Source: Kudoa neothunni
Lineage: Eukaryota > Animalia > Cnidaria
Direction: 5' to 3'
DNA length: 64,000 bases
NCBI GenBank assembly: GCA_964304625.1
Contig: OZ199839.1
Coordinates: 5,326,898-5,390,897 of the forward strand
Shown here piece by piece: positions 52,731 through 64,000 of this stretch; within the stretch, counting starts at the first letter, position 1; the number at the start of each line of letters is the position of its first letter. A model generated the notes under the pieces. The model saw nothing but the letters and a program-made list of their open reading frames with translations. It was not told the origin of the DNA and did no database searches. The translations under genes were made by a program, and so were the position numbers.

Positions 52731-55700
52731 TTAGGAAATGGCGATTTCGGAGAGAACACTGTGATAGGTATCAATGTCGAGAAGGGCGATCCTTTTAATC
52801 ACCGCATACAGTATATTCCAAATTTCTATTGCCTCTGCACAATAAACAATGTTAGTGGGAGGATGATGAATTTTGAAGGAGGCCAAAGTAGGAAGAACGA
52901 GTTTACCAAATGAGAACTTATAATTTTGGCAGTAGATAACAGTCTATATGATTATATACAGCTGTGCGACAATATAGTTATAATATCACCTGCATGAGTT
53001 TCCAAAACACAACAATAATGTATTTTCCATTAGGGGTGTCAGCAACTTTGAAGAAAAGTGAGATAATTTTAGGATCCACTTTAAACAACTCAAACTGACA
53101 GATAAAATTCACTATAAATGAGGTATTTTTTTTGTTTCTACAAGCCACATCTTCGACATATTGATTTAGATGCCACTGAGGCAACAGATAGCACATTATA
53201 GGTTCAGCAATTGAGATCAAATGAACAAAAAGGACGTTATCTAAATGAATCCATACAATATAAGAACACCCGCACCACACGCATTTAAGTCAAAAATATA
53301 GCACCTTTTGTAACTATAGTAAACATATCAAAAATATATGGATTTGTATCAAAAATGTCATAAACTTTTGCACTTCTAATCAAGAAATTAGTAAAAAGTA
53401 GATAAAAGCATTCTACTTTTGACTGGAATATTTTGAACAGTGTTCATGTACCAAGCTCCCGCAGTAAGAATAGAGAGAATTGGAGATGAGCCATTGTGTG
53501 TAATTAAACGCAATAAATTTGGTGTTCGGCTTCAATACCACAAGCATATCAACCAAATCAAACAACAAACTAGTAACAATTCCATTGTGTATGGTTTGAA
53601 GGTGTTCGGATAATGCCTAATCAAATAGTATTAGTACTTTGTTATGAAAAAAATAATGTTGGTACCGATTGACGAGAATAATGCGAAGAGTTTTTATTTG
53701 ACAAAGATAAATTGGGTCGTTTTTTAGCAGAGTTATTCAAACCTTTTAAAAGTGGATATTTTTCATGTGGTTTGGTATTTTTTTCGTTTGCAACAATATC
53801 TCTGCTCTTAAGGATAAAACCGAACTTTATAAGCATGAATAAATATTCTTAAAATTTTAAAAGCTTATTATTAACTCAGCATAATTTAAATATATAACAA
53901 TTTAAACACAATGAACGAATAAACAATCAAATTCAAAGGTGGTAAAATTTATAGGATAATCATAAACTACCTTATCCATAATAAAATCCACTACAACTTT
54001 CACAAATATGTAACCAATAGTAGGATGTGTTAGAAGAATATGGTATATAGTTTTTTTCAAGTAACGAATACAACCATAATTAACGTATGACTGTTGTGAA
54101 CTTTCAAGGATGTACTGAATACAGTTACGTACAATATTGTAACAGAAGATCATATCTTTAGTATTGATATCCAGAGCCGAAAATGGCACATTGAAAAGCA
54201 CGCAAGCTACAGAATTGGCGGGGACATTTGTTTTCCCCTTGAAAGCCATCTCAAAGAGTGACCCATATTCGGTGCTAATATCCGAAAGAATCTTTTCTCT
54301 CCAACGTGCACAATCGTCACAAGTTTTTAAAAAAATATCCAAATTAAAAAAGAATGTTTCAGCCTAAATGTGACGTTACAAGAGTGTAAAACGACATAGT
54401 TTTGTTGAATAAAATACTTCTGGCCGAATAGAAGAATCATGGTAGAATTTGATTATCTGCTGTAAACATTTAGGATGGTATTGATATATGGCTGGGAGGA
54501 GATATTTTATAGTGATAATAAAGTACTATTCGAATAAAAAAATTATTAGATAAAAGTTGCTATTCTACTAAGATTAAGACGATGGGTACCTTAGTCATTC
54601 TCTGATCTTTGGTATATATTACTTTGCGGGATTTTTCAGATTTTTTACCCTCTAAAAATTAGAAATAACGTTATTAACAATTTATATTAATAAATAAATA
54701 TTACTTCGTTTGGGACGACTTCTGTTAGAACTATAATCGAAAGTGAATTTGAATTTAGTTAGCAACTCTTTGAAAACATTTTCAATAGTTTCAAGATGAA
54801 TGTGAGATGCTGATGGATCTTGAGCAATTACGAATAAAAGAATTTGACGAATCCAGACCAATCTTTAAATTTAATATAAAACAAAATTCCATAAATCCAA
54901 CCATACTCATTAACCACTGTAGCATTGTACAATATTGAGATTATTTTATGGATATTTTGACCTAACGATTTGACTATTGGGGCCGATCCCACTTCAAGAA
55001 GATGCTTTTGAATGTCCACAAGCAATACATTCAGTATAATCAAACAGTAGGGTTTGATTTTTTGAACTGCCAGATCTTTACTCTAAATAGAATTGAATTG
55101 TTTAGCTAGGATTTTTTAATGTATAATTATTATATTAAGATTAAAACTAGTAATAAATAAACTTACTTTTATTTATTATTTAAGTACAAAATTTGATATT
55201 TATAAAATTGTATGCAAATTGCAAATTTTACACTTTACAGTCAAATAGATTATACTGTTAATAATAAAAAAGCTATTTACAAACGCTCCAGAGGGAAATC
55301 TATTTTTTTAATTTATCAAATTTGTGACAAAAATATCAGATTCCTCACATTACCAATTTTCTATTAATAATTTATTCAAATAATAATACTATAGCACTGA
55401 GAAATTTTCGGTTGATTATTATTCGGAAACAATCATTAATGTTTAATAAATATATACATGTAATCAGGAATTCTAAAAACATTAAACAACTTTAAAATAT
55501 TCATGATTTGATTTCATTTTTTTCGCCACTTTTAAATGCTTAGAATTAAGCCCTATTTACTAAAAATCACGAAACAAACTCATAAGATATAAAGAGATTA
55601 GTGTTTTTATTCAAAACCAAAAAATGCTCGAATTAGAAGCATCACAAAAATATTAGAAGTTTTATATGAGCTCCTGCAAAGATAAAGCTTTTAGATTCAT

Positions 55701-58297
55701 TGGAATTTATAATTTTTCAGATAGTTTGAGGGCTCAGAAAAAGTTATTAGAATAATTAATTATCCAATGGATTTAAGATGAAAAATTAACAAAACAAAAT
55801 CCTTTTATAATGCCAAAAATCCATTATTATAAATTTTCAAATTAAATTATTACTATGTCCTTTTCCATGGAATCCAGACTGATAAACTATTCATATTTAT
55901 TTTAAATGGAACAAAAACTGATTTAAGGAATCCATGCATCGAATATTTTCAACATAAGCCCAACAAAACTGTCTTATTTTGCCTAGTTGAGAAATTTAAT
56001 AAAAAATTAATATATTCGTACATTAATATTGTGTAGTAGTCAACTTTCGGCATATTAGCATGTTGAATTCTTCTTATTTTATACTGATGAGAAATAGGTT
56101 AAAACATTAAATATATTTAGATAACCACATTAAGTAAGTAAGTAAGTAAAGTAAATAAATAAAAATATTATTAAAGTTTGTAAGAAATACCACGAGGTCA
56201 CTTAAAAACTAGCGCTAAAATTTTTCACGAAGTTTATATTATAGAACCATGAAGATTTTTATGTTAAAGTTATCGTTAACACTAAAATTTTATAAAAAAA
56301 AATAATTGTACATACTCAAAACCAATAAAAATCGGAGGAATTAATCAATTTTTAGTACTTATGAAGGTCATAAATATGCTCATTATTTTAAATAATCAAA
56401 TTATACAACATCAATTGATTCGATAGCTTTTAAATAGTAAAAATGAAAAACTGGCTATAAGTCGAAATTTTTATAAATAGCTAAAAAAATTATAAAAACG
56501 CGAAATAATCTTCATTATAACTAGTTTTACGCTGAATGATAAATCAAATACCTTCAAAATTCGGAGGATGAGTGCAAGAATATCGTAACCTGACGTTTCA
56601 CACATTATAATCATATGGCATAATTGTGATAGAATTCTAAATCAAGCATAAATAAAAAAACGGAAACTGGATGATCAATTGACATACAAATGAAACTGAG
56701 CTGGATATAAAACAAAGTGATCACACAATTTTCGAAGACGTGTTGGATTATCAACTATATTCAAGTTCGAAACGGGTCAAAAGTCAACCACAAAATTAAC
56801 ATTATAGAAATTTGTTCATTACAATAATTAATCAATTTGGGAAGAAACATATCGTTAATCTCGGGAAAGTAGGAACAAATATTTGCCACCAAGTAGGCAA
56901 TATTGTGTGAAGCTAGTTTTTGGTTGCTATTTTTCAACACACTCAAATGGTAGTTGTAATCGGTTTTGTATGTGGTATTGTGTGTCTTATTTATAGTCAC
57001 CTAGGTGAAAATTAAAATTTTGTTGAATGTGGTTTTATAGAATCAACCTCTATATAAGCCATGAGTTGTTCATCGAGTTTGTATTCGTCACATAATTCGG
57101 ACAAATTTGGTGAAATCAGTTCAATGATATGTTGAATATTGGTGTAGTTGTCCGAATCTTCAGCATTAAGGTTGAGTAAAAAGTAACCAAACAAAGATTC
57201 CACCAAAGGTTTGTTGACCGATTTTTTGCTGCTGAATCATTAATCGGTTAATTTATTTATTACACCAATCAAACGCTCACATCAAGTAGGTCAGAACCCA
57301 CGTAATATTTTTATTATTGGTGGTTATATTTATCAAGAATGCTACCTCTTTTTCCAGCAGATGGGGATTGGGTCTACAACATTTTAATTTAATGCTCATT
57401 CCATCCATCCAACAAACAAAAACAAATATAGCATCAACTTAGCCAAATACATCAAATAACATTTCATACACCACACACATAAATGCAGTAATATCGACGT
57501 TGCTAAACCAAAGAAACTGTCAACATATGATATATTATAATCATAAATTTACCGTAACAATTATTCCATAATGATTTTCTCTCACACAATTGAAATTCTT
57601 AGCAATAATTTTAGTGTAAAAATTAAGCTTATCAATCCATTCTAAAAATACCCGAATCTGCAAGCTGATAAAACATCTCATTGAGGGTACTCAAACACCA
57701 CTATTTCCAAAATCAAACCAATGTCATGCAACATAACAACCTCGAAAATATAGGACGCATAAAACATATAGTTAAATGAAACCAACTGTTTCATAGAGCT
57801 GTAAATATCATTGATACAATCATGTGCGTGAGGTAGACGACAATTCTCATAGCCATCGATTTCTAAATGTGGCGAAAAAATTACAGATTAACCAAAAATT
57901 AATTAAAAATCAGACAATTTACGTTTCTTCATTTTTTTGATTACACTTTTGATGTATATGTGGAAGTACTTTTTAAATAACTCACTTAATTGACCCATCG
58001 CAGTGTTTTTTGCAAGTGAAGACTTCATTATGATTTTCAAACAAATTTCACTTGATTTACACAATGAAAACAACGATCTATCCATTTCCATTTCATTTTT
58101 GGGAACTATTTCGAAAATTTCATGGAGATATCCCGATTCAATGTTGGGTGTATTGCATAAATTTGTCCGCATCTTTTTGTTGACCACGGTTAACAGCGCG
58201 TGCGCATTAGAGTATATCTTTTATTCATGTAGATGAGTATTTTTGTATTAATTTTAAACAAATAACTGACACATTTGATGTTTGAACATACAGCCAT
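52731..58297 (-). CDS. INTS5: Divergent Integrator complex subunit 5-like protein, many short introns
   Basis: Colinear similarity to INTS5 blocks recalled from memory: IAYLVANICSYFP vs FDWVVAHIGSSFP; EHCSKYSSQKSAKVYDIFDTNPYIFDMFTIV..WCGCS vs [47 protein letters not shown] vs LLLLSVWGFLR. Start codon tentative; stop TAA 52731-52733. Confidence 0.65.
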
Positions 58298-58720
58298 GAT
58301 GTCTGCGCGGTACACTTTCCCACTTTCTAAAATGTATTCTTCATTTATGACACAAAATAATTTATAAACATATTAAATAATTAAAACGTATTTTTTATAT
58401 CTTTTTTATTGAGAGAATATTTAAACTATTTCATTTTGATTAATTGATTCCTTAAGAATGACTCTGATAAGTAAAAAATATCATTTATCATCTAATTTTT
58501 TTCAATCTAAAAATCTGTATTTAGGATATAAAATTATCTATTTCGAATTATTTTAAAGTATTAAAAAATAAACATAGTTTACAATATAATTAATGATATT
58601 TGATTGGATAGCTATTGTGATTTTAGTTTTAACAATTTGTAAGTTATTGTTAAAATTATTAAATAACTAACTCTACTTTTACTCGAAGTTGAGATATTTA
58701 TCGTAAAAAATCTTTTAGGT

Positions 58721-59819
58721 AAGGGTTCGGCAACCTGTGGCTCCCCACCTTATGTGTGTAATATGAACTAAAATATCTTAGATAAAAACGTGAGGAAATT
58801 GTATAATTTATAATCGTAGAACTCATTATTACGCTCAAATTATGAATTATTGGTAGACAAAGCATTTTTCTAATGGAAATATATGGGTAGTGCGGGAATG
58901 TATGGACTTTGAAAATCACCATGTTGCAATATTTTTTTTCGGAATTTAACAAGTTAAATATAGAAAGGAAAGATATAGAAAAAACAAATAACCTCTAAAT
59001 ATTAAGATTTCCTCATCGAGCATAGTCTTATACATCTGCAATTATTAACTAGACACAACAAACCTAAATGTTCCCATTTTTTCCTACTTTCTTAATTTTA
59101 AAATTATTTTTTATCATTATTAAATTTTGCTCCAATCAAAATAGTAGATATCAAACTGAAACTCTATTAGATTAAATGTCACTTTCATGCAAGAATTCTT
59201 TTAAACCTTTAAACCAAACCTAGGGATGTGCTGAGCTGATAATTGTTCCAGTTTACAACTTTTTTTCAGTAAATTTGGTTATTTAAATTAATTATCGCGT
59301 AATATTGAACATTCCTTACTGTTACTACATAGAAAACACTATATAAAATATCATAGAAAGAGAAAATTTATGACAATAAGCAGAAATTAAGCTATTCTTT
59401 AAATTCTAATAGATAAGATTATTTTGTCGAATGTTTCACTCTTAATGATGATTGTATTCATGAAAATGTATTTTTATTGTACAGAGATTGGTGGTAGAAT
59501 TTTTAATTCACGGAACACGAAATACTAATATTACATGAAGTAATAAAACAAATCCACGTTTGTGTAGTTATTTTTATTATTTCCTTCCGAATTAAAAATT
59601 CTAATAATTAAAAAATAGGTTAATTGGTTATAGAAACACGCATAGATTGAGCTATTTCGATAATTTTCCAAAAATTTTCCTGAAATGTATGTTTTTATGA
59701 TCTCGAGGATAAATATTTCGAATTTTGAAACTATAATTAATGCTGCGGCCCCGGAAGCAGACAAATATTTCCCATCATCGGTAATTGGCTCTTCCGGTCA
59801 TATCGGTTTCCAATCCCTG
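58721..59819. mobile_element. Non-autonomous hAT (Charlie/Buster-like) element
   Basis: Ends AAGGGTTCGGCAACC ... GGTTTCCAATCCCTG; eroded nnnTAGGn flanks; homologous to 16376-23143. Confidence 0.7.
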
Positions 59820-59879
59820 GCATAGGATCTAAAGAAAAAAAAAGTTAATAAAATTACTTATTACTATCAGAATTTGGAT

Positions 59880-60780
59880 AATATAATACTAGTTATTGTA
59901 TGTATGGTGAAGAATACGAAGGGATTGATGAGAGTATTTTACACAGCAAAAGAAAAATAACAGAGGGTGTTACCAATAAGGAGACAATTGAATAGTCTCA
60001 TAAAAAAAATTATTTAGGCGAGTAATTATAATTTTGACACAAAATAGATCAGATATTACTCTAAATAGAATGTTATTAATGACGGAATTACAGAGAATAT
60101 GAGTGAGATCAAATATCATCCTTCCGATGACGAAACTTTGAAAACTTTCGTAAAAGGTTATGATTTATGTACAGTCGTCTCTGGATATCGAGAAATGAAA
60201 CCCAAGAATTCAAGTAATGCGCAATAAAAAGAGAATACGCAATTTACAGGTGATGAGCTTGCGTCAAGTAAAATTTTGTATAATTTTATCGAAATATCTA
60301 ATGCATTGGCCTAAGATCTCTTGTTATGGGTTTGATGATAAACCTATCTTTTAATAAATTTAAAACTTTCCCTGAATTGCATAAAAATTGAAAAAATCAC
60401 TTGGATCTGCGTTCTCAAAAATTTTGTCAAACTTTTCCAATGCGTGTATCACATTGGAGGTTGAAATTTTCTCACAATTTGAGCCAGATCTAAATTGTAA
60501 CAAGATATAGGGAAAATTTATTAATAAAGAAAAGTTCTCAATCATTAAATTAATTTTCTCGTCTGATTGGCCGCATGTTATCCCCTCCTCTTCCATGCTG
60601 TATTCATAATAATTTTCGTCTAATTAAATATATAATGTTCTAGTCTCTGATGCAGTAACTGTTAATAATGCCTTCGTTTGAAGAGAGTCATAATTTTTAA
60701 TATCCTCATAAAATAATACATTGTAGATAGAAAAATTTCAGAATCTAAAATAAATTGTTCCATCATCAACTGAAATTTCG
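59880..60780 (-). CDS. Uncharacterised multi-exon gene fragment
   Basis: Open exons (STSNVIHALEKFDKIF..., ANALDISIKLYKILL...) separated by short introns; product unknown. Confidence 0.35.
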
Positions 60781-62437
60781 TGATTTTTCGCGATAAATGC
60801 GGAAAACATCTATTTACTGTTCAAATATAACCTTACTGTTGATTAATTTATCATAAAGTTTTAATTTATCGATATTTAGAGAACGAAGATTGATTTCGAA
60901 CCAAATCCTAACTAAAAACAGAATACTTTTAAATATGTCGTTAATAATTAGAACAATTTAGTAAACATATATTTCATTTCGATGAAACACACTATATATT
61001 TGTCAATAGGAGAGTCTGTTATTACAATCATATAATAATAAAATATACTTTATTAGGATATTTTTTAACATGTATATTTTGTATTAAAAAATTTTTATAA
61101 ACTAAATAAAAATAAATTTATGATGGAAAAAGGTACTTTTTATCGAATTTATGAATATTTAATTCATTAAATAGGTAAAAATGAGAATTTGAACCACGTG
61201 GACGCTAGGTCGACGCAAAAATAAGGAGAGCTTAAGATAATAAACAATTGTAAACATGACTAATTAATTTTAATATGATTAAGTAACATATTTATCAAAA
61301 AGTAACTATTCGATGGGTGAATTGTTGGATTTTATATATTTACAATAATAATCTGTTTATTATGTTAAATTTAAGTTTAAATCAATTCAATAAAATGAAA
61401 TGTACCTAGAAACTGCGTTTATCATTAGATACTGTAATATAAAATAAATTTAGAGAAAATTGGAATGCAGAGTTTCGATTTGCGCAGATCATAAATGTTG
61501 TAGGTTTACTTGGTTGCTGTTAGTTTATCAGTGCTTATGGCGACTATGCCTTTTACGATTTTTTAATAGGATATAGACTTCTAAATTAAAGCAGTTAGAA
61601 TAAATGTTTGAAAACATTTGAATTAAACTGATAATCGTTGTGTATTAAATTTTTTATCCTATTGGCATCCTTATATGGTTTTCATTAAAGGCTTACAAAA
61701 CTAATGTTTTCAGTTGTATTTATACAACGAAAAATGTATATCACTTTCTTCGCGATTATTTAGCGATAAAGATAAAAATCTAATTTTAATAGGCGATAAT
61801 TGACCCATATAGTTTAGATCGAAAGATTGGAAATTTGTGAATTTGAATAAGATAAATAATTAAAATAATAATTTTTTATAGAACTATTGGAAAATACATT
61901 TATATTGAATAACATAATAGTTCATGTTACTTTTTGGGATCTTTTAATCTTATATAACACATATTTTACGTCGATAGTTTGTCAATAACATCAATATGAA
62001 ATAATCTTATAGAAAAATATAAAATGTGTTGTAAACAAAGACAGATTCCCTTTATGTTCTAGTCAATTAAAATAATTAACTACGCTAAAAAAGCTACCAT
62101 TGTATAATTCCAATATATTATACTTTGGTTTTTGCTTTTATTCAGATAAATAAATTGAATAACAAAAACTCTGAAAAAGTATTAACATCTTAACATAATA
62201 AAGTGAAATTTACTTTTTATTCTGTAAAAACACTCAAAATATACAGCAAAAAACTAGTTTCTTACAGATTTTGTTTTTTATATACTGTATACATATTTCT
62301 ACCCTCTTAGTTGTAGTTTCGCTAATTTAGATGGTCATTTTGGTGTTTGGTTTCCCGGGGGGAATAATTTAGAGTTACATAGCATAATTTGTATGAAGGC
62401 AAAAAATAATGAATAATGAATGATAATTGTTTATTAA

Positions 62438-64000
62438 CCCTTTCGTGTCGAAATTTTTAATTAGAGCTATAAAACTTATATTTAATAAAGATTTCTTTTT
62501 TTATTTCACATAAAAAATGTTGAATCCGAATTAAATGTTTAAATATTATTTTTTAACATTTTTCATCGTGGTCACCTGAATGACCGACCATTGGGCATTC
62601 GCGCGAAAAAAAATTTCCACCGAATCCGGTCCGAATTTTAAAAATACAACACGGTATTCCACATTTAATGCAGATGAATTGCGTCCTTTTTTACGCAATC
62701 TACATCTTCCTTTTGTATCCACTACTTCAGGATAGTGGCTGACATTATCAAAGCTTATAGACACTGACAGGGGATTCGATTGTTTTCATGCAAATGCTCA
62801 ACAGCTACAACTTTAGAATCATCCGATGAAGGCTGCCCACGCTTTCTACCATATTGGATTTTTTGAAGTGAATCAAACTTTCACTAATAGACTGAGTAAA
62901 TGACAAGAGATCCATTATTTTGTTGTTGTCACCATTGACCTTTGTATTTTGTCTAGATAATATCCAAGCATTGATTATGGCGGTATTGAGCCCCAAAATA
63001 ATATTCGCATACAAAACTTTCGGCATTTTTGGTTTAACTTGTACAGAGCCATCAACATGTCCAAAAAGTCAATTCCACCCATGTTTTTATTATATTCTGA
63101 AACCACGTTGGGGTAGTCAATATTTGCAGTCTTTTAGCCCTTCTATCGAATCTTTTAATTACGCCAAGGGGTTGGGATGAAGAATGAGTAGAAGAAAGCA
63201 TAACAACAGAACCATCACACCATTAAGTTAATACTATTCCATTTTTGGTATTCTGAAAGTTTTCGTGAGAACCGCGACCTTTCTTGCTGAATTGTTTTAC
63301 CGGGGTTAGTGGACAAACTTTAATTCTGTCCCTTCTTATGGTTCCAACAGAGTAGATGTTTCGGTTCTTTAACATTTGCTGCAGTGGAATACATGTGAAA
63401 TAATTATCCAAATACAAAATGAAGGTTCTTGAAGTTGGTAAAGTTTCGCACAATTTTACTACAAAATCACCCGGAGTTTGACCGTAAGTTGGTGGAACTG
63501 CTGGTAGTTTTCCCTCATACAAGACAAAATCATAGACTAAGCCACTAATGCCACACGGAGAAAACGCTTTAAACCCCCATTTGGTTGGTTTAATAGGAAG
63601 GTACCGTTTGGCTTTGCATCTTCCTTTGAAGGAATCATTTGCTCATCGATTGAATTGCGGATTCCTGGTTTTATCTTTAAAAACGCAGACCGTAAATGCT
63701 CTAAAAAAGGTCGTATTTTAGAAAGACGACCATAATTTTCTAAGTTTTGATCTTTAATGATATCTTAATTATTGGTGACACGAATGAATTTTTAAATTTT
63801 ATCAAATCGATTTCTATAGAAAACTTTTTGATACATGTGGAAAATCTAATGATGTGCTCCAATGGCAGCAATAACGACATATTCTAACAATAACCATCAA
63901 AATGAGGACCACTAGATACTTTTGGATTTCTTCAACATCTGTAACAAAATTTATTCCACATTGAGTTGCATAAATGTTTGTATCATCTTTTAATTGGCAA
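62438..64000 (-). mobile_element. Decayed piggyBac (PGBD3-like), runs off the window
   Basis: TTAA|CCCTTTCG terminus; SIDEQMIP, KPTKWGFK, GLVYDFVLYEGK, LYLDNYFT, VGTIRRDR and AIINAWIL. Confidence 0.88.

Noticed and set aside
1-64000. Prokaryotic systems (CRISPR, operons, IS elements)
   Set aside because: Spliceosomal introns throughout and no repeat-spacer array; the IS630- and IS1595-like proteins are eukaryotic Tc1 and Merlin.

Overview
AT-rich eukaryotic nuclear DNA read with the standard code, with compact genes split by very short GT-AG introns (mostly ~37-50 nt). The gene content is animal-like and highly divergent; a reduced parasitic animal such as a myxozoan is an inference only. 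Host genes I could assemble by hand are a class II CPD photolyase, an SLC38A7/8-like amino-acid transporter, a FUBP/KHSRP/PSI-like protein with only three KH domains, a MOB4/phocein gene (largely missed by the ORF track) carrying several +1 homopolymer insertions, a divergent INTS5-like gene, a type I membrane protein and two unknown multi-exon genes. Intergenic and intronic space is full of transposons: Merlin, pogo/Tigger, piggyBac, hAT, Mutator, Tc1 and a tRNA-derived SINE. Two young elements stand out. One is a 3.9-kb Ty3/gypsy element with 117-bp LTRs whose reading frame starts inside the 5' LTR and ends inside the 3' LTR, so PBS and PPT are protein-coding. The other is an intact, intron-containing DD34E Tc1 transposase whose native 5' end is replaced by a ~726-bp inverted copy of its own catalytic exon and 3' end. 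All family assignments come from motif recognition by eye, not database searches.
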